DNA from: Lama glama
Taxonomy: Eukaryota
Direction of reading: 5' to 3'
DNA: 64,000 nt
Assembly: GCA_028534125.1 (NCBI GenBank)
Contig: CM052817.1
Span: forward strand, 105,216,001 to 105,280,000
Below the pieces are notes generated by a model. The model had not been told where the DNA came from, did no database searches, and saw only the letters and a program-made list of their open reading frames with translations. Of this stretch, positions 23,650 to 36,584 are shown in pieces (position 1 is the stretch's first letter; each line of letters begins with the position of its first letter). Position numbers and translations under genes: made by a program.

Positions 23650-24480
23650 ATAAAACTCCCCAGTGGGTGCAGGTTCCCATTGGGGTCATTTGCGAACTCT
23701 CCCCGCCACCCGGCATCTTTTCCAATGGTCCAAATTGCTTTCCATTCTAACTTTTGTTGGAATTATTGATGGGACCCTACTGTCTTTAATGCACCCAGTG
23801 AATCACCTCATGGTGTATTTCCTCAAAAAATTTTTTTTCTGTACTTTCCACAAGTGAAAGGAACAGCCACGCAGCAGAGTGCCAATTATTATTATTATTT
23901 TTTTATTGGTCTTTTCCTCGCACATCTAACTTTTACGCTACTGGATCTGTAAACATTAAACTCACATTAGAGTTCTGCGTTTCCTTCCAATTAGCGCTGA
24001 TTTTCCTAACGTTCTGGCGACGCACATCGCTGTGACGCCCCGTTTACCAGCGTCTCTCGCATCATTCTAGTTCCTCTCTAACCCCCACCCACTGTTCTCA
24101 TTCTCTTTGCCTGCTCTGGGGCTGGGAGTGTTTCCCTGCTTTCCTGTAGAGGCAAAGGATAAAACAACAAGCTGAAAGATGTTTTCAAATTCTCAGCTTC
24201 TCCCTTCGTGAGAGAGAGAGGCGCTGGTACAGGTCTGAACTACTGAGAGATCTAATTTGTATTCCTCTTGTGCTGAGCGATTCCCGCAGAGTCCTGAGCA
24301 ATCAATCGTACATCGCGGCGGTGAGACTGGCCACGCTCCTCCCATAGCTGACATTTGGTTGATTATCTCAAGAATGTCCTTGTATCACTTTCTGTTCTTG
24401 TTGATGAAACATCTGATGAATTCTGTCCCCGTTCTATGTGTGTCATTCTTTTTCTCATTATGAGGTAGATCAGGAACAGG
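23650..24480. promoter_or_regulatory. Candidate regulatory element: non-repetitive CpG-enriched segment
   Basis: 21 CpGs counted in 23881-24340 (8 in 24001-24060) against a CpG-depleted background; several CCAAT/ATTGG; no repeat similarity recognised. Confidence 0.4.
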
Positions 24481-25503
24481 AGATAACTTAAAATTTTCAC
24501 GTAATTGACTCCTCTCCTGTTTTTTTCCCCCTTAATATCAATAGTACCCAGTATTTCCCTTTTGTGTGTGACTTTCCTAAATCTATTTAGATTCTGTCTA
24601 AACTTGGGAGGATCCTTTAAAGTGATATGCAATAAAGCATATATCTAAATAATTTAAATGAGGCATTTGCAGTATTAATGCTGTAAGTCCCTCAAGGGAT
24701 CGTTTATTTCCTCCTTTAATTAGAGCAGGAAAGATGATTAAATTGGTATCAAAGTACAATTATCTTTCTGTGGTTTCCTTTAACATCTGATTACAGTGAG
24801 ATGTTAATGTGTCTTATTTAGATTGGAAAGTTTTTACTTCCCTAGACAATTCCAATAAGAAGGTCAATATTATTCATGGAAACATATGTCATTTTAAGTT
24901 AAAACTGAGAAAAATATTCAAGATTTTATTATTTTAAAAAATCCACTACTTTTAATGAGATGGATATAGTTACTTCTCTAAATATTAAATTTAATATTAC
25001 ATTTTAAATAATATGGAACCAATATTAAATTATAGATTATGCCATTTCATACAATTACATTTAATCTTTTCGAATATGTTCTTAAATTATACACGACTAT
25101 TTATTTCAAAGTGCTAAATATCCTTATATATGGTCAGCCCACATAATGCATGTGAAAACACAAAGGGAATGTCATTCACTGTCATTTAATAAAATTTACT
25201 GGAGAGCTCTGGTACCAGATACTCAGCTAAGTGCTAGGAATGAACTATTGCCTTGAGAAAATTACAGTTTAACAGTGAAACACATAAACTTCTAAATATT
25301 TTTAAATATTTTAGCAAATCCTTATAAATGGTTCCAAGAAAATACAGATACAAGCCAATAGTTCCACCTAAAAGACTCATGGAGTTTGTCCAGGATTCAT
25401 GACTGAGTTATGCTGTGGACAATACGAAGGGTGCCATTTCCATCAGGGACCAGAATCAGAGACATACAAAGCAGAGACAGTGTCTTGGGAATCAGAAAAA
25501 ATC

Positions 25504-25685
25504 TGTATTAAATCCTCGGGCTGCCTTAACAAAGCCCAACAGTCTGAGAGGTTTAAAACAAAAGGAGCTTATCCTTTTACATCCCCAGAAATGCAGCCTG
25601 AAATCAGTGCCCCCTCTGAATCCTCTAGGGCTCCAGGGAATAACCCTTCCTTGCCCCCTCCAGCTTCTGCAGTTCCTTAGCATTT
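25504..25685 (-). mobile_element. MLT1 (MaLR) LTR, first part
   Basis: 'tgtattaaatcctcgggctgccttaacaaagcccaacagtctgagaggtttaaaacaa...ccttccttgccccctccagcttctg' matches antisense MLT1C/D. Confidence 0.75.
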
Positions 25686-25889
25686 TTTTTTTTTTGGTAA
25701 TGAGAGAATTAAAACTTATTATCTTATCAAAATTCTCTGAATATACACATATGCATACAGACAATGTTAAAAAATGTAAATATGTGTGTGTGCCTGTGTG
25801 TTTGTATGTGCATTTGAATACCCATATTCACACCTCAATGTGCATCTTAGTTTTTTAGTTTCTTAAGAATAGTTTTACCAAGGGAGCAA

Positions 25890-26011
25890 GGGAGGGTATA
25901 GCTCAGTGGTAGAGTGTGTGCTTAGCACGCATGAGGTCCTGGGTCCAACCTCCGGTCCCTCCGTTAAAAATAAATAAATAAACATACTTATGCCCACCCC
26001 CACAAAAAAAA
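25890..26011 (+). mobile_element. Camelid-type tRNA-derived SINE
   Basis: 'gggagggtatagctcagtggtagagtgtgtgcttagcacgcatgaggtcctgggtcc' plus tail; imperfect TSD aagaa(g)tagtttta(c/t)c. Confidence 0.9.
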
Positions 26012-26139
26012 AGAAGTAGTTTTATCTAACCTAGCCCCCTTAGTTTCTAAGGGTCTTCGTTTCTCAAGAGAAAGTAGATTGGACTGGAAAAGGTGACAGG
26101 TAACGTCCAGTCCAGGCTTATGTCACTGTCATCTGCTTC

Positions 26140-26322
26140 TAGCATTTTAAAATGCCCATCTCTTCATTCCTCCATGGAGAAATGGGAACTTGTTAGAAAT
26201 ACAAATCCTCAGACCCGCCCTCAGACTTACTCAATCAGGGACTGTGCGGGGAGGCTCAGCCATCTCTGTGACAACCTGCCCCCAGGTGATGCCGAGCTTC
26301 ACTAAAATGTGAGAACTGCTGC
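26140..26322 (+). mobile_element. MER5A-like hAT-Charlie DNA transposon
   Basis: 'tgggaacttgttagaaatacaaatcctcagacccgccctcagacttactcaatcag...ccaggtgat...cactaaaatgtgagaactgctg'. Confidence 0.8.
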
Positions 26323-26438
26323 ATTCAGACTTCCCCAGGGAGGAACTATAGGCTGGAATCCTAGGCAGAAGTGGAGAGGCAGTAATTAAAGGAAAAGACG
26401 CAGGATACTCTACAGAGAACTTGGGTCAGAGGTGGTAG

Positions 26439-26980
26439 TGTTAGGTGGTTAGATAAATGAGGGGCCTGGGCAGATACGGTGAAGGAGAGACTGGAGGGTC
26501 CGGAAGATGGCGTTGTGCCCGCCTTCAGCATAAAGGGGCTTTGCTTCCTCTACACGGGTGCCAGCAAGAAACCAGTTGGAACCTGACGGCCACAACTGAG
26601 TGGTAGCCATAAGGACCTAACCAGACATGACCCAATCTTCATTGTATTATAATTAGCATTGCAGTGTAGGCCTCCCCCGTGGGGTTTTACTGTGTGCATC
26701 ACGGGTAAGGACATGCACAGAGGGGGATGAGCATGACGGAGCACCCCAGGGCAAGAGCTGTCAGTCAATCAAGAGACCCCCCCCCTCAGTGAGCGTGTAA
26801 ACAAAGACCATCGCTGTCCGCCCTTGGATCAGCCCGCCTCCCATTCTTGGAGGGGTACTTTCCCTTTGCTAATAAATCCTTTAAAATCTTTCACTACACA
26901 ATGCTTCAGTCTCCGGTCTGAATTATTTTCTTCCTGGCAAGACAAGAACTGAGGTTTTTCCCTTCCCCTGTGGGGTAACA
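26439..26980 (+). mobile_element. Solo ERV1-type LTR (542 bp)
   Basis: TGTTAG...GTAACA ends; 4-bp TSD GTAG (26435-26438 / 26981-26984); AATAAA at 26871; alignable end to end with 63276-63823(-). Confidence 0.92.
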
Positions 26981-27221
26981 GTAGGAACAGAGTTTAGGGA
27001 GACAGAGAAGTGGGGTCAAGGGGACTGTTATTTATGGTTGTAAGGAACCTGCAGGGTGGTGAGCAAACAGAGCAGAAGCCCAAGCAGCAATAAGAGAGCA
27101 GTAGCCGCGTCCTCCCGTGTTAGGTCTGATGTTCTCCGGCAGTCATTTCTGCTCCTGTGTTAAGATCTGCTGGCTTTAGAACCTTTTCGCTAAAATGGAT
27201 CCCAAAGAAGACACAAAAATC

Positions 27222-27472
27222 AGTATCACTGCAGTTTCTGCCTCTGTCAGCCCATGGCTTTCATCCCTCTGTGTCCTCTGCATTCCTATGTTCCAAAATC
27301 TCTGTCCTTTTAAGAACACCAGTCATCAGATTTAGAGACCATTCTAATCTCCTAAAACTTCATTTTAATTTGATTATATCAGCAAACACCCTATTTGCAA
27401 ATGTCACATTCACTGGCAAGAGGATTAGGACTTGAGCATATCTTTTTGGGGAACACAATTTAACCCAAATCA
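27222..27472 (-). mobile_element. MLT1 (MaLR) LTR, second part
   Basis: 'tctgcctctgtc...aagaacaccagtcatcagatttaga...gcaaacaccctatttgcaaatgtcacattc...ggattaggacttgagcatatctttttggggaacacaatttaaccca'. Confidence 0.8.
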
Positions 27473-27769
27473 AAGTCCCACCAAAGATTCTTTGGAAACA
27501 AATACGAAGCAGCTGATAAGATATGGTCAGGAGTTTGGATCTGAGGCATTAGGGATATACCAAGGGTTTTAATCCTATCTGCTAAGGTGCTAATTTTTGT
27601 TTTAGGAAGCTAAAGGTTGGATCTGTGGAAGATAAATTGGAAGATGGGAAATCCCAGACTTGAACTAAAAAAGGGCTACCAAAGACTGGCAATAGAGGGG
27701 AAAAAAATGAAAAAAAGTAGTTAGTGACTTATGACAAATTCATACTTAAGTGGAACACAGGGTGCTGGT

Positions 27770-28180
27770 TGGTGAGATCTGTTTTAACAACAGACACAAG
27801 AGGAATTGAAATCTAGCAGTTTATTACTCTCAGGTTCTGAAGGAAACACCAGGCATGCTTCCAGGGGCCACAGGGAGGTGGAGGCAGAGGGCACACTGGA
27901 GAAAGACAGGACCTGAATTAGGGTCTCTGCATGCAGTGCTTTGGGGTTCCTGGGGTGAGGCCAATTTGGTCAATTTAAACCAAAAGAGCAGGGTTTCGGC
28001 AAGCCCCACTAGGGTCTTGGGGCATAAGGTAAGCAGGTCCTGGGAACCAGGGGAGATGGTCACAAGGCTGTTGGGGAAGTCATATGAGGAACTTCCATTT
28101 GCTTGTGATTCTGTTAGCTCTTTTTCTGTGTTCCCGGGAGGGGCTGGAGTTAGTTTCAGGTCCCCACAGGCAGCTCAGCC
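27770..28180 (-). mobile_element. Probable old ERVL-type LTR fragment
   Basis: Antisense poly(A) signal context 'gcagtttattactctcagg' in a GC-richer, LTR-like segment; family not identified. Confidence 0.4.
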
Positions 28181-28269
28181 AAACAAAACGGATGCAGAGG
28201 CAGCAACACCATGGAGTAGCTTAAGAAATTCTCTACGTGATAAAATATGTGCGAGTTAAGCGCAGGGAG

Positions 28270-28620
28270 AAAGGGGGGAAGTGAACTAGATACAAAAGTT
28301 CTTGGTGCATGGGGGACTGGGTGGAAGACCGTCTTCATACTCAGTGGGAGCAAAGAAAAGCTGGTTTGGAACAGGAAATCCGGAGCAAGAAAAACTGGAG
28401 TTTGGTTTTAGCTTTCTACAAGGAAACCTTGAGATCTGGAGAATATGTGTACGAAAGAATGTTCCGTGAACAGTTGTAGATACCAAACTGGAAGCCAGGA
28501 AAGGGTTAGATGCTGAAATGATGTCATCAGGTACAAATGATGATTCAGTCCTTGTAAATCAGTATCACTGCTCAGTTTACTGGGGTGGGAGAAAAAGACA
28601 GGAATAAAGACCAAACCCCT
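28270..28620 (-). mobile_element. L2 fragment
   Basis: Purine-rich, L2-like phrases ('ggggactgggtggaagacc', 'ggagtttggttttag'). Confidence 0.45.
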
Positions 28621-29039
28621 GGAAAAATTCAACACTACAAGTGTCATATATATAGATCGATCGATAGATATAAAACACTATAATTTAAACTATTTATATT
28701 AAAAATATAACTATTTTTAAACTATTTTCAGAATTAAAATGAAACAGTACATTTACATCACTAAGAACCATGACTGACAAAATATTTTTACAAATATATG
28801 CTATTATTATAGTATCATTTGCTATTATTATATCATTATTTGCTACTACTAATGGTGTTAAATATTAAATTAAAATTAATGTGTAAACTAATTATAAATA
28901 TAAATAAATTAAAAACAAATTTTAAATTAAATAATTAAATATTAATGATGGTAATATCATTAGTGTGATTCCTCAAGCGAAATACACTTACTTTCTACAA
29001 GTCTACTAAGACTTCTTTAGGTTACTAAACTATCATACA

Positions 29040-30420
29040 TTTTAAAGTTTTATTTTAGATTTTCAGAGAAAAGCAAAGATGATACAGAGTTTCCATATTT
29101 TTCATCCTCATTCTCTTTTATTATTGAAACTTATATTACTGTGGTATATCTATCATGACTAGTGAACCAATATTTTGCATCATTATTAAGTGAAATTTAT
29201 CATTTCAAGATATTTTCTTTGTTTTTCCCGAACAGCCCTTTACTGTAGTTGTGATTCCTCGGGCTCCTCTAAACTGTGACAGTTTCTCAGACCTTTCTGG
29301 CTTTGGACGACCTTGGCCATCTCGGAGAAGGCGGGGCAGATATTTTGCAGAATGTCTGTCAATTGAGATTCGTCTGATGTACTTCTCACCATTAGACTGA
29401 AGTTATGGGGTTGGCTGAGGCGGAAAACACAGAGATCAAGTTCCTTTTTCATTGTATCATATCAGGGGACTGTACATCAACATAATTCTTCACTGCTGAT
29501 GATGTTGACTTTTATGTCAGGCTGCGTGGTATTTGCACAGTTTTTTCTCTGCAAGTTACTCCCTGTCTTGTCCCCTAGGGAAACTGTAGGAGAAAGTCAC
29601 TGTGCAAAGAGTGGGAAGTTAAACTTCTCCTTCTTTGTAACTGTGGATGTGAATGTGGGTTTCTATTTTATTATTTTATTTTATTTTATTTTATTTTATT
29701 TTATTTTATTTTATTTTATTTTATTTTATGGATGTCTTTGCTGTCTGGCACCACTACTTTGCTCCTTGTATTCTTCCTTCCTCAATCCTAAAAACAGCCA
29801 TTCCCCAAGGAGCCCCAGATCCTCTTCCTGGAGAATGGTATTAGAATCCAGTCCTGAGTGTTACGTGTTCTTATTGCTACAGGAATGTCATTGCTTCTAG
29901 CCCCACTCAGATGAGAGAACAACAAAATATGTGTGTGCACACTGATCTCTGCATATACACATATCTATAAGTATTTCTATGAGCCATCCTTTGTATCTAT
30001 ATTAACTACACATGAGTTTATATTAATATGTCCCTCTCTAATACATTTCCACCTGGGTTATTTCAACCTTCTCTTCTTGTATTTCTGTAATGTCTCAATC
30101 CAACAAGGAGAAAACTGGCTCCACTATCCACAGTCCACGTACAAGATTACTCAGTTCCAGGATGCATGCACAATGGTATCAGAATTTTCAACTTGAATCC
30201 TTGTGGAAAACCGGTATATCAACTAGAGTACAGTGCTTATTATTTACAGTTCCTTTTGCTTTTAGTCTTACAGAGCTCAACAACAGGCAAAGTTACTTCC
30301 CACATCCCTTTCAGCGAGGTCAATGTATTATCTGTACAGACTTTATATTTTAACAAAAATGATTTTAAAATAATTCTTAAGTCCACATACAAGGGATTCA
30401 TACTTTTACAATAAAAAGGA
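29040..30420 (-). mobile_element. Old L1 (L1MC/L1MD-type) 3' region, antisense
   Basis: 'gggctcctctaaactgtgacagtttctcagacctt...gatattttgcagaatgtctgtcaattgagattcgtctgatgt...cattagactgaagttatgggg' is characteristic of L1MC/MD 3' UTRs. Confidence 0.75.
29666..29728 (+). repeat. (TTTTA)n microsatellite
   Basis: ~12 pentamer units. Confidence 0.95.
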
Positions 30421-31149
30421 AAGAAAAAATTGATTAATAATAAGTTTGAATAACTGCAATTCTAAAGCGATACTCTTTTCAGAGGCAAAAGATACTTTTT
30501 AACTATCTCTATGAGATGTTCATTTAGTATTATTTTGAAATTGTCCTTTGCAGAGTGAAAAATGACGTCAGTAGAATTTTACCTGAGTAGAATTTATCCA
30601 AAGTATCTTTTTGAAAATTTAAGGAAGGAAATAGAGATTTAGTATTTATGTTACAACATCTATGCAATTCCATCTCTGAGGTTTTCTACAACTAAAAATG
30701 AAACACTGGCTATATTGAGAAGAGCAAACCAATCTGTGGTGTCTCCAGGCAAATTTTATATTATTCCTTTTGTTCAGGTATCAGTCAACATTTTGGACAC
30801 ACAGTAAACACACTATGATTATTCTGATACTGCACCTGCAAAGTTAATCAAGCAACAGCCCTCTGTGTATAAAGGTCTGTCCTAGTGAACTGATAACATA
30901 GTTGTAGAATAGAAAGGAGGAAATATATATATACTTTATCAATTCATGTCTTTCTAATACCTTTTAACTAGAATACTTTGAAACTAAGTAAAATAAGTTT
31001 CTAGGCATCTGAACCCACTGCTGGATTTGCTCCTTTCAGTGGTGTAGAACTATTCTCCATCAGTACCTCATTATTTGACATGTGAATGTTGAAATCTTAT
31101 TCATTTCCTGGAAAGTAACAGCTAGGGTAAGTTACCTAGAAATCAAACC

Positions 31150-31300
31150 GAGGTGTAGTGGGAAAAAAATAAATCCATTACCATAGAGCCGAGTAGACCT
31201 GTTTCAGACCTGGGTTTTTCACTGAATTTCTTGTGACTTTGAGCTCTCCCCTTAACTCTTTTGTGTCTTCACTTCTTCCTTTAAAAGTTGTTCAACTTTG
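31150..31300 (+). mobile_element. MIR fragment
   Basis: 'ggtgtagtgggaaaa...agacctgggtttt...tgtgactttgagctctcccttaactctttt gtgtcttcacttc' MIR-like. Confidence 0.55.
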
Positions 31301-32439
31301 GTATATTCTAATGAATGTTCTAATGTTAGTAGGGTCTGATTTTCTATGAAAACTACACATGACATTCTTTATTCCTCTAATCACACCCATATAATCATAC
31401 AAGGTGGTACGGATCCTCAGCACAAAATAACATAGAAAGCAACTGGGGAAAAAAAAAAGAACCTTAACAATTCCTTTTATTTTAAAATTATTATCTTTGA
31501 AATCTTATCAAAACCTACGCAGGGATGAGCTGACACTGTGACCTAAAACATTTAATTCTGAATATGGGTCTGATTATTCATCAAAATCCTATCCGCACCC
31601 CAGGCAACCTAATAACCCAAATATATTTCACTAGAATAACTTTCCCTTTCGGGGAACAAATACTGCTCCATAAAGGCGTTTGCAAATAACCAGCAGAAGT
31701 TGCAGAACAATTTTGTGAGTGACATCCCAATAAATCACTGAAAACTCTGCTCTTGACACAGAATTTGCTTTAGAGTCTGCTGCTTACAATTCTGTAGTTC
31801 TAAAGAGCACACATTTTCATTCTTCAAAGCTCAGTTCCGTAGAAAACATAAGTACATATAAGTACATATTTACAGCCCATTGCTTCGTACCCAAGCTCTT
31901 AATCATCTAGCTGGGTCTATATCTCAAGCCTCATGGCCTGTTCCTCCTCATGGTTATGTATGCAACAGCCTTTCACCTGCTCACAGTTGCCCAAACAAGA
32001 CCTTCCATCACAGGCTTCCACATGTGTCTTCACATATGCTGTTCCTTCTGAATGCAATGGCTTTATACTCATTTCTTTGTCTGGAGGGTCTCTAAACATT
32101 GAACAGACTCATGGGCTCTCTGAATCTCCCCACTGCTTTGGGGTTTTAACTGAATTATCTTGTTTCTGATTCCAGAGTAGCATTTCATGCACAGCTCTAT
32201 GGTATGGCATTGTGTACAACTGAGTCACAAGACCTTTCCTGTCTAAACTAGGGTCGATGTTTTATTTTATTTTGGCATTATCCACACTTAACCAAATGGG
32301 ATGGTCACTCAGTAATGCCTCCTGACTGAATCAGTGAAAAATTAGTTTCTTAAAGAAAGTTGGAGGTGGGGGGAAATCTAGGCTAGGTTAATCAATAAAG
32401 CCATCTACAATACACTTAATTTTTATAAGTTGAAGCAGG

Positions 32440-32680
32440 CCAGGCATGTCATGAAAGGTAAAGGGATTCCGATTGGGCTGATTCTAATTTAAATCTTGGT
32501 TGTGGCTCTTATTATTGGTAGGTTGTTCTTGAACAAATTGCCTTTGTTTTATGAAACTCGGTTTCTTTATTTTAAACAACTGAACGAAAATAAGCTTACC
32601 CACATTGTTAAGAGGTTTCCGTGAAACAAAAAATGACAACCCCGCTATGTGCAAGGCACAGAGTAGATATTAATTCTGTT
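32440..32680 (+). mobile_element. MIR
   Basis: 'tttaaatcttggttgtggctctt...cttgaacaaattg...ctcggtttctttattttaaac...gcaaggcacagagtagatattaa'. Confidence 0.6.
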
Positions 32681-34184
32681 CCTCACTTGCTCAGTTTAAA
32701 GCTTAAACTGACACATTGCAACTGAGTATACCTCTATAAAAAATTGCATTGCAAAAGATTTGAATGACATATGAGATTTGTACATAAGCCCCACAATCAG
32801 GCAATCAGGTCTTTAGATATTAGTCTTATTTTTTCTTAAAAGTGGATACATCAAGTTAGGGGAATATCATTTTAAAGAAGTCTCATTTAGTCTTAAATTA
32901 GAAAAAAGAAATACTGCTATAGTAAATGGCTGGACAAAACCAAAGACATGATGTCTGTACTAGACTAATCAGAAGACAATAAAAATAAACATTACTGATA
33001 TCTAGGATAAATTATTGGCATTCAACCTTCTACCATGTTCCAATTCACACTTATCCCATTTATATGTCAGATATGGGTCAAAACAGAATCTGATTCTATT
33101 AAAATTAACAACTGATTACTGAAACACTGGTTAAAATGTTAAAAAGCTGATTTTTATCAGTCAGTATCAATATATCCTGAGAGATTATCTGCAGTGTAGA
33201 ATGATTAAAATGCATACTGTCATGTCATAAAATAACCAATTGAAGAAAGCAGTTGACTGTTTCATTAATTGAAACATTAGAGGAAAATATCAGATTTTGA
33301 AACTGAATTAATTTTTCTCCCGTCCTAGGCTTTTTTCAGTGACAGCTCTAGTAATACTCAGGTAGTGTCAGAATAATGTATACAGTTAAATAGTAAAAGT
33401 AAGTGACATGAATATTATGAAATTGGATTTTCTATTTTTTGCCTCTTTAAAAATTTTAAATGAATACTCTGGACATATTAGACTAATTTAATGGCTTTTG
33501 TAAAGATTAGATAGTATGAAAATCCACTCTTTCTTATGGAGACCACAGCATCTACAGCATGCAAAGACGAATCTGACTAAAGTTATAAAAATACAGCTAA
33601 TCAGTTTGGAAAATACAAATACGAGAAAAATGCAGTCACTCCCTTCTTGCATTCTCCAGTCTCTTGGCTACGAATGCCTTCTAAACTGGGAGAAGTCATC
33701 ACTTTATATCTCTAGCCCCAACTCCCCCTGAACTCTAGGCTCCTGTATCCAACTACTTACTCAACATCTTCACCACGATGTAATCTCAGGCATCCCGTGT
33801 CCAAAGCAGAACTCCCCTCTTTAAATCTGCTTATCCTTCAGTTTTCTCAATTTCAGTAAGTGGCAATGTTTTCTATCAGCAGTTTATGCCCAGGATTTTA
33901 GAGTCCTCTTTGATGCTTCTTTTGGTGCGTTCACATGCAGTCCATTAGGGACTGCTGCCAGCTCTTCCCTGGTAAACATCCACTATCCAACCCCTTTCCA
34001 GCCCTTCTGTGGTCACTGCCATATTACTTCACCTTTGAATTCTTGTGTTCACCTTCTAATTGATTTCCCTTCTTCTGTCTTGTCCAACTGCCATCTGCAT
34101 GTAACACAACAGCCTAGATGTTGCAAAATATAAATTATAATATGATCGGTCCTTTGCTCAGAACTATCTAATCCCACCAGTAGG

Positions 34185-34560
34185 ACACTTGTAGTCAATA
34201 TTAGATTGATTCAGCTTGGTGTAGGAAGAGAAAGTTTACATCAGAGTGTCTGTGAGTGTCAGAAAGATAGCATTTATGCGGAGGGTCTAATGATAAGATT
34301 TTAAGGAGGAATTTAAAAGGCAAGAGTCTTTTTGGATTAGATACTCTTAATTCGCAGGGCAGGTCAGCACTGGATAGCTTGCTAATCTTTGTTCAGAAAA
34401 CAAGAAGAGAGATTTGGGGCTGGTAAGAAAGAAATCACATTTAAGGAAAATGTGGTTATTTTGTAACTATGATGTGGTCTTGACTGTGTTCTTCTAGAAA
34501 CAGTGTTGATGAAAGAAAGGACAGATTGTTTTCTGAGAAGACTGATTTTCACCTTCTCAG
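34185..34560 (-). mobile_element. Probable old ERV1-type LTR inserted in L2
   Basis: Interrupts collinear L2 sequence; ends 'ttttcaccttctca' (rc TGAGAAGG...); family not identified. Confidence 0.4.
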
Positions 34561-34953
34561 AGCCCATGAACGTCACTCATTTTAGGCAAAATCCAGTTAT
34601 CACAGTGAACTACAAAGCCTTAGTAAATTTCATCGCATGTCTCTGACCAAGTTTATTCCTACTACTTGAATCGCTCTTTTTATAGACACTTGCCTCTGCT
34701 TTTTCTGCGCAACCAGGTATGCCTCATCTTGGTGTCTTTATATTTGATGTGCTTCTGCCTGGCATCTTCAGGGTCTGTGGAGAGCTCACTTAGTCTCCTT
34801 CACATCTTCATTCAAAGGGCACATTCTCAGCGCTGCTTTCATGACCACATTTGCATTTTAGCTTTGCAAATCCCACCCTACAGACATTCTTTAGCCCCCT
34901 TTCTGGCTATATTTTTGTTCTCATTAACACATCACACAACGTGGCTTGCTATG

Positions 34954-34958
<5 letters not shown>

Positions 34959-35012
<54 letters not shown>
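34959..35012 (+). repeat. (TA)n microsatellite, ~27 units
   Basis: Perfect TA run. Confidence 0.97.
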
Positions 35013-35016
<4 letters not shown>

Positions 35017-36479
35017 TTTATATATTTATATATAAAAATGTTAGTTTGTTTACCACCTCCTTACTTGCACTAGAATCTAATTTCCATGGAGACAGGTTTT
35101 TTCATCTCTCTTATTCACTGATGAGCCTCTCCTGCCTAGAAAAGTGCCAAATACAAAGTAAAAGTTCAATAAAGTTATGTGCCAAGGAAACTGTGGGTTG
35201 CACATTGTTTTCTCTGAAACTTAATCACATATGTAAATTTCAAGAGGTTAAGGTAATGCCCTTTTCTGCTTTAATGCTATTGTCTGTGATCATTTAAACA
35301 ATGATGGACTTTTTTTCAGCATTACACTAAACCTGAAATTAGATTAAGAGAAATAGTCCAAACAAGGTAAATACAAAATGCCTTAAGGAGTTTAAACTGA
35401 ACTTTGTGGATGGGAATTTTAGGAGATGAAAGTGCATAAGGAGACTGAAAAAAATCTTGATTGGCTTTTGGCTTTTATCTTAGAGCCATAACAATGGACA
35501 GCCTTCAGTGGTTTTAAATGCAGAGATATTTTTTGATAGGTACATTGAAATATAAATTGACAACCATGTGGAAAATTATTATAAAAAAGTAAGATGGGAC
35601 ATGATCACTGCTTGCTGATAGAAGTGTTTGAATTTCCTATTAGCCAAACGTAGATACTAGTCTTAATCATATGAAGTGCATAACAAAGACTAAAATTTGG
35701 CAACCCTTGATGTACATGGGATTTTGCCATTCCCTGTAGGATATTTCATTGATGGATATTTATTGTATTATAAGTTAATCACAGATTAGGTTCCAGAAAA
35801 TAAGTTTTCTGTTTAGACTTGAAGAACATATCCTCATGCAAGGACCACATCACTCTTTACAATTGATTGTATTTTTAAAATATACACAAAGAAAACTTTT
35901 GAATCACTAAACGTCAATGCTTGTTTGTTCATGCACATTTGTACTACTGATTTTATTCCTTCGGAATGATTAAATGTGCATGTTTTTAAACTGAACATTT
36001 TATATCTTTAATAAATTCTAACCAGTTCCAAAATTAGTAGCCTAATAAGAACGTATAGGTGCAATTCACTAATAAACAGAGTTCCCATTATATCAGGCAA
36101 AAAAAAGGAAAAGAGAAAGCCATTCACAAAAGATGCCCAGGCTTTCAAGCTTGCATCAAACCACCCTGGGAGCCTGAAGACCTGAATAAACTCTTTAACA
36201 TGTCAAATAAAATACCACCTCAAAAAGATCAATATGAGCAAAACACTCATTAGCAGTAATGAGACTCTAGTGTAAACAGCTTTAAATAAAACAGGAAAGG
36301 GCACCAAAACCAAGGAAAGAAAAGTTGGGATCTCTTACATAGATCCCTATGATTCAAATTCCCTTCCTGGTCAAAAGGAAGAAACTGGTTTTTGGCTCCT
36401 CTGAAAAATCTAGTCATGCAAGAGGTTAAAATTTGTTTCATTTAAAAAATACACTTGAGGGGGAGGGTAGCATAATTTT

Positions 36480-36580
36480 GGGGGGCTTAGGGTATAGATC
36501 AGTGGCAGATTGCATGCTTAGCATGCACAAGGTTCTGGGTTCAATCCCCAGAAACTCCATTAAAAATAAATAAGTAAATA
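36480..36580 (+). mobile_element. Camelid-type tRNA-derived SINE
   Basis: 'agggtatagatcagtggcagattgcatgcttagcatgcacaaggttctgggttcaatccccagaaactcc' plus A-rich tail. Confidence 0.88.
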
Positions 36581-36584
36581 CATA

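Larger units (their letters stand above)
33700..35180 (+). mobile_element. L2 element (fragmented), interrupted by an LTR-like insert and (TA)n
   Basis: 'tccaactacttactcaacatc...gtccaaagcagaactcc' and a 3' end 'cactagaatctaatttccatggagacagg...cctagaaaagtgcc...ttcaataaa'. Confidence 0.7.

Noticed and set aside
25415..25858. 147-aa ORF
   Set aside because: Crosses MLT1, poly(T) and an L1-like stub; chimeric chance ORF
29499..29900. Hydrophobic 133-aa ORF
   Set aside because: Translation of (TTTTA)n within an antisense L1 3' UTR
32691..32711. Hairpin TCAGTTTAA-agc-TTAAACTGA (similar one at 55440-55475)
   Set aside because: Short AT-rich inverted repeats are expected by chance at this composition
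34666..35297. ORFs with poly-(IY)
   Set aside because: Translation of (TA)n inside L2
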